From Pristiophorus japonicus (Eukaryota): 64,000 nucleotides of DNA. The notes under the pieces were generated by a model that searched no databases, was not told the DNA's origin, and saw only the letters and a list, made by a program, of their open reading frames with translations. A program made the position numbers and the translations under genes. Numbering within the stretch: position 1 is the stretch's first letter; each line of letters begins with the position of its first letter. The DNA lies in the NCBI RefSeq assembly GCF_044704955.1, contig NC_091994.1:40052001-40116000 (forward strand), given 5' to 3'. Of this stretch, positions 23,493 to 36,850 are shown one piece after another.

Positions 23493-26198
23493 CAATAATC
23501 GGGGGTCAGTGCTGTGTGGCGGGATAAGGTTGATAGAGGACCTTTGTCTTACGGACGTGTAGCGCAGGGCATAGGCCTCAGTGAAGGTGTTGACAATGGC
23601 TTGGAGTTCGGCCTCCAAGTGTGCGTAGACGCAAACGTCGTCTGCATACTGTAGTTCAATGACAGAGGATGGGACGACCTTGGGTCTGGCCTGGAGGCGG
23701 CGGAGGTTGAACAGATTCCCATCTGTTCTATAATTTTGCTCCAGTCCAACAGAGAGTTTGCTAAGGGTGAGTTGTAGCATTGCAGCAAGGAAGATCGAAA
23801 AAAGCATTGGTGTAATGCCGCAGCCCTGCTTGACCCCGGTCTGGATGTGGATTGGGTCTGTGGTGGATCCATTCATCCGGATCATGGCTTGCATGTCATT
23901 GTGGGGCAGATGAAGGATGATGACAAACTTTTGAGGGCAGCCGAATCGGAGGAGGACGCTCCATAATCCCTCACGGTTGACAGTGTCAAAGGCCTTTGTG
24001 AGATCAAAGGCGGCCATGTACAAGGGTTGGTGCTGTTCCCTGCATTTCTCTTGTAGTTGTTGCGCGATGAAGATCATGTCTGTTGTACTCCTCAGTGAAC
24101 GGAATCCACATTGTGACTCTGGGAGGAGCTCTTCAGTCACAGGGTGAAGACAGTTGAGGAGGATTCTTGCGATGACTTTCCCAGTGGCTGACAGCAGGGA
24201 GATTCCTCTGTAGTTACCGCAGTCGGACCTGTCCCCTTTTTTGAAGATGGTCATGATTACGGCGTCCCTGAGATCTCCTGGCATGCTCTCCTCCTTCCAG
24301 ATAAGAGAAATTAAATCATCTATTCGTGCCAAAAATGCTTTTCCGCCATGCTTTAGTGCTTCAGCGGGGATTCCATCTGCTCTTGTTGCTTTATTATTCT
24401 TCAGCTGACGGATGGCCTTTTCTACCTCGTGCCAGGCTGGAGTTGTGCTGAGATGATGGTGGGTAGAATACTGAAGAATGGAGTCGAGGACACTCACGTC
24501 GAAGACAGAGTCTCGGTGGAGGAGATCTTCGAAATGTTCCTTCCAGCGGGCACTGACTGCCTCTCTGTCCTTGAAGAGTACCTCAGCATTCTTGGCCAGC
24601 AGTGAGGTAGGACCTTGGGTGCTTGGGCCTTAGGTGGACTTGACTAAACTGAAGAATCCACGAACTGCTGGATCTCCTGTGTTTTCTCCACTCACTATCT
24701 GTTTTTTAGGTTGTGGGTTTTTTGTTGGACCTCAGCCTTCAGCCGTCTGTAGAGCTGCTTTCTTGCTCTCGTGTTGGGTTGCTGTTTTAAGTTCAGAAAT
24801 GTCTTGCGGCTAATTAGCTCCTGGTTAATTCTCGTCACACCAGTTTAGGTGTTTCCTGGTCGAGTGACCGAGCGTCTCTTCGCAGGTGCTGGTTATGGAG
24901 ACCTTGAGGGCAGACCAGGCGCTGTGGGCACTCTGCATCTCTGGGTTATCGAGGGTCGCCAGGTTGGCAATGAGGTGCTGGCTGAATAGGGCTTTCTTAG
25001 CAGGGTCTTTGAGTGCCGCTGCGTTGATTTTCCTGCAGCATTGTTTTTGTTGCCGTCGCTGTTTTGGGGCTACATTGATGTTAATGATGGAGTGGATTAG
25101 ATGATGGTCCGTCCAGCAGTCGTCGGCTCTTGTCATGGTGCGGGTGATGTCCTTGCGGTCCTTCGCTTGGACGATAACGTAGTCGAGCAGATACCAGTGC
25201 TTGACACGAGTGTGTTGCCACGATGCCTTGTGCTTGTCTCGTTGATGGAACAAAGTGTTGGTGATGACAAGGCCATGTTCTGGGCATTTTGTCAGGAGTG
25301 GGGGTACTGCTGGAGTTGGTTTTCCCTACCCCCTCTCTGCCGATCATGCCTCCCCAGAGGTCTGTGTTCTTTCCGACTCTGGCGTTGAAATCGCCAAGAA
25401 GGATCAGTTTGTCATCCGTTGGGACTCGGGACAAGGATTGTTCGAGGCTGGAGTAGAATTTCTCTTTGGTCTCATCTGTAACGTCCAGTGTTGGGGTGTA
25501 CGCGCTGAAGACCATAGCGCACTGATTACGGGCTAGAGTGAGTCGAAGAGTCATGAGACGTTCGCTTATCCCGCAAGGGGAGTCTGTGAGACGGCGCACC
25601 AGCTCATTCTTGATGGCGAAACCTACTCCATGGAGAGGGCGTTCTTCTGGTTTGCCTTTCCAGAAGAAGGTGCAACCACCACCTTGCTCTTAGAGCTGGC
25701 CTTCCCCTGCCCGTCGGGTCTTGCTTAGGGCAGCGATGTCAAAGTTGAAGCGTCTGAGCTCCCGGGCAACAATTTTTTTCCCCCTTTTACTTCACACAGT
25801 GGGCTTGCAGTCCGTGTTGAAGATATCTTTGTTGTAATGCTACCTGGGGAAATATTTGCACTATCGGGTCTCACAGGTAATCATTCTCCATTGTCCCTGC
25901 CCAGCTGACTGACTCCAGCCACAATAATGTTTAAGGTTGGCATCAAATCATCTGATAAGCATTCCTCACTAATCTCACGTAAGCATCACTCGCCCATACC
26001 AACACAAAACACACCTCATCCAATACAACACTGCCTTCTCAGAATTTTTATTTACTGGCTTAAATTGCATAAAATGTTGACATTTATTGTTTAAAAATAC
26101 TTTTCTACTTCTCAAACCTCATGGTTGTTATTTGTAAATTTTCTATCTGATTTGTCACAGTACACTTATTGGTACACAGGGTAAATAAACTTCCATGA

Positions 26199-26231
<33 letters not shown>

Positions 26232-26286
26232 TTCACACACAAGGGGTCATTTTAATCTTAAAACGCCCAATGGAAACTGATCAGAT

Positions 26287-26633
26287 CATAGAGTGGATAG
26301 GAAGGACCTGTTTCCCTTGGCAGAGAGGTCAACAACCAGGGGGTATAGATTTAAAGTAATTAGGTGGCAGTTTAGAGGAGATATGAGGAGAAATTTCTTC
26401 ACCCAGAGGATAGTGGGGGTCTGGAACTCACTGCCTGAAAGGCTGGTGGAGGCAGAAACCCTCATCACATAAAAAAAATACTTGGATGTGCACTTAAAGT
26501 GCCGTAATCTACAGGGCTATGGACCAAAAGCTGGAAAGTGGGATTAGGCTGGATAGCTCTTGCTCGGCCAGTGCGGACATGGCAGATGGGCCTAAATGGC
26601 CTCATTCGGTGCTGTAAATTTCTATGATTCTAT
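26287..26633 (+). mobile_element. CR1 3' fragment (different subfamily)
   Basis: RRNFFTQRIVGVWNSLP-like coding; tail tctatgattctat resumes at 28267. Confidence 0.85.
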
Positions 26634-28266
26634 GGGCCCAAGTTTCAGGCTGCGCCGTTCACCTGGATGCCCGTTTTTCGCACCCGAAAGTGAGCCAAAA
26701 ACATACCTGCAGATTCTCCAGCTCCCTGCAAGTCCTTTGCAGCTTGGCGCAGCGCAGCACGAGCTGTGAGGGGCGGAGCCAGGTCGCTGCGCTGAAATTA
26801 GTGCCGGGGCCGCTGCACAGGCGCGCTACAGTGGGCGCGCATGTGCAGTAGCTCCAGGCACCTGAAACTATGTGGGAGGGGCCCGAAGCACGCACTCTCT
26901 AGCCCTGGCCGAATGGCCTCACAGGGGCTGCGAGGATCAGACTGCACCTCCCTGGTCCTACTCCTGCTCTGTCTCTAGCTGGCTCTCTCAACCACCCCCC
27001 CCAGCTCCCCCCCACCAGCTCCTGCTCCGACCCCCCCCCACCCCTCCAGCTCCTGCTTTGCTCCCCTCCCAACTCCCGCTCCGCTCCCCCCCGGAATCCA
27101 CCCCCAGTTCCCGCTCCGACCCGCACCCCAGCTCCCACTCCGCTACCTCCCGGACCCCCCCCACCCAGCTCCCGCTCCACTCCCCCCCGGAACCCCCCCC
27201 CCCAGCTCCCGCTCCGACCCGCCCCCCAGCTCCCACTCCGCTCCCCGCCCCTCCCCCCGCTCCCGCTCCGACGACCCCCCCCCCCCGCTCCGACGAGCCC
27301 CCGACTGCTCCTGCTCCCGCTCCAGCGACCCCCCCCCCCCCGAGTTCCGGCTTCCCCCGGCCACCTACCTTGCTGGGGGCGGGCCCCACCCATAGTCTTG
27401 GGCCCGTCTTCTTCACGTCAGCCGGGCCCGTTCACCTCCTCCCTCTCCCCTCCCTCTCCTCTCCCCCTCCCTCCCTCTCCTCTCCTCTCCCCCTCCCTCC
27501 CTCCCTCCTCCTCACTCTCCCTCCTCCTCCCCTCCCTCTCCTCCCTCTCCCTCTCCCCACCCCTCCCTCCCCTCTCTCTCACCCCCCCTCTCTGTCAAAA
27601 ACACATGGACACTGACGGACAGAGAGAGAGACACTGACACTGACTGACAGAGAGAGAGAGAGAGAGACACACAGACAGACAGAACGAGAGAGAGAGACAC
27701 ACTGGGGGGGGGGGGGGGGGGGGCAGTGCCCCGTCCCAGCACGCTGGTGGAGGGCTCCCGGTGCTGCAGTCAGTGAGTAGAATTTTTTTTATTTATTAAT
27801 TTTTTATTTTTTTTATTTTTTATTAATTTTTTTTGATTGATTTATTGGTTGATTTATTGATATATTTATCATTTATTATTGATGATGGCTCTTTATTTGT
27901 AAAACTGAAGTGTTTAATGTTTGTAAACTTCCCTTTAACCCCCCCTCCCCCATTCCCTATGCCTAATTTGTAACCTACGCCTGATTTGTAAAGTGTAGGC
28001 AAGGTTTTTTCGAGCGTACAAAAATCTTCACTTACTCCATTCTAAGTTAGTTTGGAGTAAGTTTTCACTGCCGAAACTTTGAAAACAGGCGTAAGTGGCT
28101 GGACACGCCCCCTTTTGAAAAAATAAAATTCTGTTCCAAAGTGAAACTGTTCTAACTGACTAGAACTGGAGCAAACTAAATGCCAAGAATTCAAATTTCT
28201 AAGATACTCCATTCTAAACCAGTTGCTCCAGAAAAACAGGAGCAACTCAGGCCGAAACTTGGGTCC
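26634..28266. mobile_element. Harbinger-like non-autonomous DNA transposon with C-rich low-complexity core
   Basis: TIRs GGGCCCAAGTTTC / GAAACTTGGGTCC, 3-bp TSD TAT, inserted in a CR1 tail. Confidence 0.85.
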
Positions 28267-28499
28267 TATGATTCTATGATATCCAGAGGGTATACTGAAA
28301 TAGGAGGCATGGACAGCTCTTCAGTTTATCTTAACAAATGCAGTCACCTGATAGATGCCTCTCTTGGTATGGCTCCTCCCTATAATAGGGGGAGTATATT
28401 TAGCTACAAGCAGTAGGTAGGGTCACAAATGGCAATAATTTCCATGTTAACTTCAACCCCCTGCACAGAACCTCCATATATGGTATTTGGAATCTCATC

Positions 28500-28862
28500 G
28501 GTCTTGGCTCAGTGGTAGTCAGAAGGTCAAGAGATCAGATCCCACTCCACCACCTTAAACAACCTCTCGTCTGTCTTTCAGGAGAGATGTTAAACCGAGG
28601 CTCTGTCTGTCCTCTCAGATGAACGTAGAAGATCCTATGGCATTATTTGTCCTGGCCAATATTTATCCCTCAACCAACAGCAATAAAACAGATAATCTTA
28701 AGCATTTATCCCATTGCTGCTGGATGGGACCTTGCTGTGCACAAATTCACTGTTGCATTTCCCTATACTACAACAGTGACTACATTTTAAAAATACTTCA
28801 TTGGCTGTGCAAGTGTTGGAGCATCCCAATGTTGTGAAAATACTATATAAATGCAAGTTTTT
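28500..28862 (+). mobile_element. DeuSINE, internally deleted
   Basis: TGGCTCAGTGG head, Deu core, ctatataaatgcaag tail. Confidence 0.8.
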
Positions 28863-30154
28863 TGGTTCTTTTCTAAACAGTGCATCTTACCAATCTTGGC
28901 GCCAGTGTTCTGAATTCCACTAAGCTCTTTAGCTATGTCAACTGCACCCCTGTGATCTCTCTCTGACAAGTGTTCTCAGGAGACAATGGAGCTGCACAGA
29001 GGAATTTCTTACCAGTGGGCTGGTCGCGCTCGAAATTCAGAAACAAGGGCGATGAACTGTTCCTACCATATCAACTCTTGGATTCCATATCACTGAATAT
29101 ATAGTGCCTCGGTCCTTTCACTCAACAAAAACTAAAGAGCTGAACAAAGTCTTCTTCTTGAGGATAATGAGAAAACCCTGTGACATCCGATCAGTTTTTC
29201 ATGACATTTGGGCTTAGTCCCTTAAACACAAAAATGAAACCAATACCATCCAATGATTGTGGGGCTTTTTTTTTGCCCTTTGGTATTCAGAGAGAAAAGA
29301 GCCTCCCAGAAATCAAATGCAAAACTCACTTCTTCAGTCTGGGATCAAGCGTTGGTTGGTCACAGCAACATAAATAAATAAAATGCTGATATTTTCCTTT
29401 CACCCTGCATTGCACAGGCTATTTTGAAGCAATAACAGTACCTATGCCTTGCTAAAACAAGATTAAAATTTGACATCTTTATTATTTAAATATCACTTTG
29501 GCACTACAGAGTGGTTTGTTAAATTGTGTAAATTGGAGTTTCCGGCTTAGAGAGTAGATACTCCACATGACATGGATTCTTTAATATTTGTTTAGCAGCC
29601 ACTTCATTAGAATATCTAACTGTGTGGATAATCCTATTGTTATAATAAGACCCAAGGACTTAATCTACATTGCTTTCTTATTAGCCTTCCACACCAAGAG
29701 TCATCCATCATCTCAGTCATAATCGCTTCGGGCAACACAGAAAATGAAACATCTCAAAATATATTAATAGGTTTTATACCCAGACCATTTAGCCAGTTTC
29801 AGACAACAATATTAAGAAGCATTGATAGATATGTGTGGAAGAAGTCAATTTGTGGTATATTTTTGGAGCACTTCTGATTGAGTTCAGCTCAAGTTATGAT
29901 CATCCAAAATCTTTTACACCACACATTCAATGTCAATGATTTGCTATGCGCAGTAAATTGTCTCCTGATCTAGAAGAAATGCTGATTATATATATATGGA
30001 ATAACAAGGGGTTGCCAGCATTTAGTTCCCCATTCAATTACTGCGGAAAACTTAAAAGTAATGAAATAAATTGAAATGCAATAACTGGATTGGGAGTGCT
30101 TTGTAATTTCTGGATTCCGTTTGAAAGATGAGCTTAATATATTTGTTCTATATA

Positions 30155-31064
30155 TGCTGTCTCTGATTTTCACACTGCTTATCCAACATCTAGCACTGGA
30201 TGAGCAGAAATTTCCTCCAACTAAATATTGGGAAGACTGAAGCCATTGTTTTTGGTCCCCACCACAAACTTTGTTCCCTTGCCACCGACTCTGTTCCTCT
30301 CCCTGGCAACTGTCTGAGGCTGAACCAGACCTTTCGCAACCTCGGTATTGTATTGGACCCCGAGATGAGAATCCGAGTCCATATCCGCCCCATAACCATG
30401 ACCGTCTACTTCCACCTCCATAATATCGCCTGACTTCACTGCTGCTTCAGCTCATCTGCTGCTGAAACCTTCATCCATGCCTTTGTTATCTCTAGACTTA
30501 ACTATTCCAACGCACTCTGGGCTGGCCTCCCATCTTCCACCCTCTATAAACTTGAGCTTATTCAAAACTCTGCTGCCCATATCCTAATTCACAGTAAGTC
30601 CCGTTCACTCATCACCCCTGTACTCGCTGACCTACATTGGCTCCCAGTTAAGCAACACCTTAATTTCAAAATTTAAATCATTGTTTTCAAATACCTTCAT
30701 GGTCTCGCTCCTCCCTATCTCTGTAGCTTCCTCCGGCCCTACAAGTCTTCGAGATTGTTGCACTCCTCCAATTCTGGCCTCTTCTGTACACTCGATATCA
30801 ATCACTGTACCCTAGGTGGCCGTAATTTCAGTTGGCCTTAAGCTCTGGAATTCCCTCTCTACAACCTCTCCTCCTCTCAACCTCTGTCTCTTCTGCTTTA
30901 AGACATTCCTGAAAACCTACCTCTTTGAGCAAGATTTTGGTCACCTGTCCTGATAAGCTCCTTATGTGTCCCGGTATCCAACTTTGTTTGATAACGCTCC
31001 TGTGAACCACCTTGGGGCATTTTACTCTGCTAAAGGCGCTATATAAATGCAAGTTGTTGTTGTT
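30155..31064 (+). mobile_element. L2 LINE 3' fragment
   Basis: WMSRNFLQLNIGKTEAIVFG, HAFVISRLNYSNAL; tail gcgctatataaatgcaagttgttgttgtt. Confidence 0.9.
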
Positions 31065-31329
31065 AATCCTTCTTATCTCAGTTGAATATTCTGTTACCTA
31101 GTGACTCATTTTTTCTTCAATTGAGAAACTCCTGTAGTGCAAGACTTCCCCAAGATTCACAAATTAAGAGAGAAGAAAAGGTAACATATGTTGTGGTTAG
31201 CTGATGCAAAGGTAGGAATTTTACGCCCCAAGAGCGGGTGGGTTGGGTACGGGTGAGAAGTTGAAATGTAAAACATCTCAAGCATGACCCCAACCCAACC
31301 ACTTCTGGTTTTAATGATCACAAATCACT

Positions 31330-32165
31330 CCCCCTTGCCCCGACCACAATATCTCCCCCTTCCCCACAATCTCTCCCCCCGACCACGATCTCTCCCCCGC
31401 AACCATGATCTCTCCCCCTTCCCCACGATCTCTCATCCCGACTACGATCTCTGCCCTGACCTCGATCTCTCCCGCCCCTTCCCCACGATCTCTCCCTCTT
31501 CCCCACGATCTCTCCCTCCCCCTTTCCAACGATCTCTCCCTCCCCCTTCCCAACGATCTCTCCCTCCCCCTTCCCAACGCTCCCTCCCCCTTCCCCACGA
31601 TCTCTCCCCCTTCCCCACAATCTCTCCCTCTTCCTCATGATCTCTCCCTCCCCCTTCCCCACGATCTCTCTCCCTTCCCCACGATCTCTCTCTCCCCCTT
31701 CCTCACGATCTCTCCCTCCCCGACCATGATCTCTCCCCCTTCCCAACGCTCCCTCCCCCTTCCCCACGATCTCTCCCCCTTCCCCACGATCTCTCCCCCT
31801 TCCCCACAATCTCTCCCTCTTCCTCATGATCTCTCCCTCCCCCTTCCCCACGATCTCTCCCGCTTCCCCACGATCTCTCTCTCCCCCTTCCTCATGATCT
31901 CTCCCTCCCCGACCATGATCTCTCCTCCTTCCCCACGATCTCTCCCCCTTCCCCATGTTCTCTCGTCCCGACCATGAGCTCTTCCCCTTCCTCATGATCT
32001 CTCCCTCCGCGACTAGGATCTCTCCCCCCGACCACAATCTCTCCCCCGACCACGATCTCTCCCCCTTCCCCACGATCTCTCCCTCTGTGACTACGATCTC
32101 TCCCCCCGACCACGATCTCTCCTCCCCCGTCCATGGTCTCCCCCTCTCCCCGCGATCTCCCCCTC
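31330..32165 (+). repeat. C-rich minisatellite (~20-24-bp units, ccccttccccacgatctctc), probably inside a MITE spanning ~31210-32376
   Basis: Dozens of diverged tandem units with higher-order duplication. Confidence 0.88.
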
Positions 32166-32874
32166 CTTCCGTCTCTTCTCTCTGCTCCTCGTCTGTGGCC
32201 TTGTGCTGTAGGCTTTCCCACCTAACAGGGTTAGCCTCACTCAGGCTGGCTGTAGGATGGGAATCCTGGTGAAAAAATGTAAACTGATTCGTGCTGTTAA
32301 TATCAGCGGGACCCCTTACTTCTGGGTTTCCTATCCGGAACTCCTCTTTTCCCGCTCCTCTGTAAATATCGGGGCCAAAATGTGGGATTTTAAGTCTGGA
32401 GGGAAAAGTGAGGGAGGTAAGGAGTTTCATAGTTTGAAATTCTGGAAAAGAATGAGAGTAGAAGAGTCGGAATTGTATATAAATATAAAAGTCTGAAATT
32501 CCTACCGTTAACAAATATATTAGGATGTGGATCAATATGGGTGCTATCAACACAAGCATGTTAAAAATGATCCAATGCAGATGACTCTAATTTGTTTTGT
32601 GTACCTGTCTGTGATTGGCCATCCCCTGGATAATTGTCCAAATGAAAGAATTGAAACTAAGCACACGTCCAATCAGCCCACTGATCAGTTCTTAAATAAA
32701 ATGTAAACATTCAGGAAGCACGATAACTACAAGTAGGAACACTTCTGTTGCTGAGGGCATTTAGTAAGCAAGAAAAAAAAATGCTGAAAGTAATTAGGAA
32801 AGGATTGTATCGCAGTGAGCTTCATACTGTAATCCTTCTCGGAGCTCATCTGGCACATAGAGGAGTAAAGAAAG

Positions 32875-32990
32875 AAAAGAAAGGAGGCATTTATATAGTG
32901 TCTTTCACGACCCCAGGACGTCCCAAAGTGCATTTACAGCCAATTAAGCACTATTGAAGTGTCGTCATTTATAATGCAGGAAATAGCAAT
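32875..32990 (-). mobile_element. DeuSINE 3' tail
   Basis: gcatttatatagtgtctttcacgaccccaggacgtcccaaagtg is the reverse complement of the SINE tail. Confidence 0.75.
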
Positions 32991-33172
32991 AAAGTGATGC
33001 ATCATTTTTACCTTGGGTTCTTTTGGGGGTTTTATTTGTGATGAGATTATGGTTGTTTATGTATGCCAAAATAATCCAGTGGTTTACCAAGGCACCTACT
33101 TTCCTTGGGTTACCGAAGGCTAGTTTAGGTATATGCCTATCAGGCATGATGAAAGAGGCCATTCAGCCCTTT

Positions 33173-33336
33173 GGGGGCAATGTTAACCTAACCCGTCCAG
33201 CAGGCGCCCATTTTACACCCCGATTTTACGCATTATATGAAGCCAATGAAGTGTAAAATTGGGCGGGGTGTAAAATGGGCATCCAACCTGAACCTACCCC
33301 ATTCCTGCTGGGCGAGCCCGATTAAAACTGTCACTT
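33173..33336. mobile_element. Short palindromic MITE-like element
   Basis: gcccattttacacccc ... ggggtgtaaaatgggc inner arms plus outer arms. Confidence 0.6.
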
Positions 33337-34154
33337 TTGTATCTACTTCAATTCTTTTCTGGAGCAATCCAAAAGTAATTCCTCTGTCCTGCTCTCTCTC
33401 CATAGCCTTGTATCTTCCTCGTTTCTCTTCAAAGATGTCTTTGGTCTTGCCATGAAGGAAGTGGCCCCCACCAGAAGCTCCATACCTTTGTCACTAATTC
33501 CATTCCCCTCCACGGCCTCCATCTCAGATTGTAACCTTGGCATCTCCATCACAAAGATTTGCATAATTAAGTCAATTTAAGACAATGTGTATATTTAAGG
33601 AGCATTGATAAATTGTGGCCAGAGCCTCTGCTATCTCCTTTGTGATTTCTTTCAACAATCCAGAGTCCGATGACTCATCCACCTTGCATTCGGCTATTTT
33701 TTTCCAGACTCAATTCCTTTTCTACAGTTACCTCTGACACATGTTCCATTTCCTTCTCTATTACGCCTACAGAGTCCTTCCACCATCATTTATAAAAACT
33801 GATGTAAGTTAATTAATATCAACAACTTGTATTTATGTACCACCATACCTGCATCCTCCACAATTAGACTCCCTACATCATCATTAAACAGTCCTATCAT
33901 TTATTTAACTATACTTGTACTTTTTAGTGGTTTATTAAAACTATTTCATTTTATATTATCTGCTCAATTATTTTCCATATTCCCCTTTAGCCCTTCTAGT
34001 CTCCCTTTTCACCTCCCCAAGACACTCTATATTGCTCATGATTATCTTTAGTATTGATGGCTCTACCTTTACCTTTAAGTTTCAGTTTAACCTATTGAAT
34101 CTATTTATCCATCAGACTACAGTTTGATGCTCCACCTTTTTGGATGATGTTGCT

Positions 34155-35292
34155 GATTGGCAACATTATCCGAAAACACAATGTCAAGTTCCACATGTAC
34201 AGTGCTGACACAGCACTACCTCACCATCGCTTCTCTCAAACCCGACAAGCGAGGTGTTGGCTCTGATTTGTTACACTGTTTGTCCGACATCCAGTACTGG
34301 ATAAGCAGAAATTTCTTCCATCTAAATATTGGGAAGAACGCAGCCATTACTTCGGTCCTCTCCAGAAACTCTGTTGCCTAGCCACTGTCTCCATCCCTCT
34401 CCCTGGCAACTGTCTGAGGTTGAACCGGACCTTTCGCAAACCTGGTCTTGTATTTGACCCTGAGATCAGCTTCCGATCACATTTACGCTCCATTGCCAAG
34501 ACCGCCTACTTCCAGCTCTCTAACATTGCCCGACTCCACCCCTGCCTCAACTCTTCAGCTGCTGAAACCCTCATCCATGCCTTTATTACCTCTAAACTTG
34601 ACTATTCCAATGCTCTCATGGCCGGCCTCCCCTCTTCCACCATACATAAACTTGAGCTCATCCAAAAACTCTGCTGCCCGTATCCTAACTCACACCAAGA
34701 CCAGATTCACCCATCAGCCCTGTGCTCACTGACCTGCATTGGCTCCCGGTCCGGCAACACCTCGATTGTAAAATTCTTATCCTTGTTTTCAAATGCTTCC
34801 CTGGCCTCGTTCCTCAATATCTCTGTAACCTTCCCCGGCCCCACAACCAATGTTCCCTTTAAGCTGTGCAGTCGCTAGCTGTCTGGAGGTTCTGCGCAGC
34901 CAGCCCACTGGCTTTTCAATGGAAAACTGTGCATGCACGGGAATTTGAATAGGTTGCGCAGCCCGTTAAAGGAGTCGTACACCCCCAAAAGATTGAAGGG
35001 AACATTGCCTATAACTCTCCGAAATCTCTGCGCTCCACCAACTCTGGCCTATTGCGTATCCCAATTTTAATTACTTCACCATTGGCCGCCGTGCCTTCAG
35101 CTGCCTAGGCCCTAAGCATTGGAATTTCCTCCATAAACCTTCCAAATCTCTACCTCTCTCTCCTCCTTTAAAACGCTCTTTAAAACCTACCTTTTTGACC
35201 AAGCTTTTGGTCATCTGTCCTAATACCTCTTTATGTGGCTCGGTGTCAGATTTTATTTGTTAATGCTCCTGTGAACCACCTTGGGATGTTTT
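34155..35292 (+). mobile_element. L2 LINE 3' fragment with hAT MITE insert
   Basis: LSDIQYWISRNFFHLNIGK, AETLIHAFITSKLDYSNAL. Confidence 0.88.
34848..35007. mobile_element. hAT-like MITE (160 bp)
   Basis: TIR CAATGTTCCCTT / AAGGGAACATTG; 8-bp TSD cccacaac / cctataac. Confidence 0.75.
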
Positions 35293-35895
35293 AGTATACA
35301 GCAGACACCTCAAAACGCTGGAGAAATATCACCAGCTTTGCCTCCGCAAGATCCGACAAATCCATTGGCAGGACAGACGCACCAACGTCAGTGTTCTCGC
35401 TCAGGCCAACATCCCCAGCATCGAAGCATTGACCACGCTCGATCAGCTCCGCTGGACGGGCCACATTGTCCGCATGCCTGATGCGAGACTCCCAAAACAA
35501 GCGCTCTACTTGGAACTCCGACACGGCAAGCGAGCTCCAGGTGGGCAGAGGAAATGTTTCAAGGACACCCTCAAAGCCTCCTTGATGAAGTGCAACATCC
35601 CGCTGACACCTGGGAATCCCTGGCCCAAGACCGCCCAAAGTGGAGGAAAAGCATCCGGGAAGGCGCTGAACACCTTGAGTCTCATCGCCGAGAGCATGCA
35701 GAAACCAAGCGCAGGCAGTGGAAGGTGCGTGCGGCAAACCAGACTCCCCACCCACCCTTTCCTTCAACCACTGTCTGCCCCACCTGTGACAGAGACTGTA
35801 GGTCCTACATTGGACTCTTCACTCACCTGAGAACTCATTTTTAATGTGGAAGCAGGTCATCCTCGACCCCGAGGGACTGTCCAACAGAAGAAGAA
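35293..35895 (+). mobile_element. RTE LINE 3' fragment
   Basis: QLRWTGHIVRMPDARLPKQALY...GGQRKCFKDTLK; CPTCDRDC...HLRTH zinc finger. Confidence 0.9.
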
Positions 35896-36587
35896 TAAAT
35901 ACAAGCTTTTGTTGTTTTTAGCTTTTAGGAATATATTTATTTTGTATGCCATCCATGTCATATTTCAATCTCCATGAATCTGTTTGCTAACTTTTACATC
36001 CAACTAATTTGGACCAGATCCCTTCTTATCTCACTGAACATATCTTTGACTGTTCATAATCATGTTTTATTCTTACAATGAATTTGACTATGCTGTGGCC
36101 ACTATTTCCTGTCAGTATTTGCTGCACTTCATTTCCGAGAACTAAAACAAGCCATGCTTCTTTCCTTTTTGAACTAGAAACATATTGATCTAGGAGGCAG
36201 TCCCGGATGCATTATAAAAAATATTCCCCACTTTGACCAGCTATTCCAGCTTATCTTGAGGTAGATAAAGTCACCCATTATTTTTGCCCTGTTACACTTA
36301 CATCTCTGAACTATGATCTATGTGCAGTTCTCTATTCCCCATTGTTTGATGGCCTGTAATGCACACCAAGAATTATTTTTTAAAAAAATTATTATTTCTT
36401 GACTTCAGTCATACAGATTCTGTCTTAACACAACCCTCTAGGACATCCTTAGATTCTTGCGCTATGATAGAATCCTTCACTAACACTGCCACCCACCCCA
36501 CTTCCTTTTTCCCTCCTGCAAATGTTAGAACCAGGAATATCAAGTTCCCAATCCCATTCAAACCCAAACCACATCTCTGTTGTAGTT

Positions 36588-36850
36588 ACTATCATCATAG
36601 GTGGTCCCCCAAACGAGGATGACTTGCTTCCACATGAGCTCACAGATGTTTCAATGAAGGACCCGATGTTCCAGTCCTGAACTCCAATTGAGGGGATGGA
36701 AGATGCCTGTGCGTGGATTTTTTTAATGTGTGGTGACCGTTGCACATCAGCCACCACACGGGCTCGACAGAGCTAGGCCTTTATCCACTGGCGAGGGTTA
36801 ACCAGGACTACTGGAGACTGGAGACCTGCTCTGCTGCACGGACCTAGTGT
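36588..36850 (-). mobile_element. Short non-autonomous element with an RTE-type 3' tail
   Basis: atcatcataggtggtccc...gaggatgacttgcttccac matches the RTE 3' end at 20878-20930 but joins non-RTE-ORF sequence. Confidence 0.55.

Larger units (their letters stand above)
20878..25772 (-). mobile_element. RTE-clade LINE, near-complete decayed ORF (AP endonuclease + RT), interrupted by a MITE and a CR1
   Basis: ISERLMTLRL, LILLGDFNARVG, LLDYVIV; CGNYRGISLLS, LLPESQCGFR, FDLTKAFDTV, GVKQGC, LQYADD; LRWAGHIVR; (ATC)n tail at 20878. Confidence 0.93.

Noticed and set aside
26872-27742. Pro-rich and Gly-rich ORFs
   Set aside because: Low-complexity core of a MITE
31318-32559. 413-aa ORF and overlapping ORFs
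   Set aside because: Translation of a stop-poor minisatellite; no domain content
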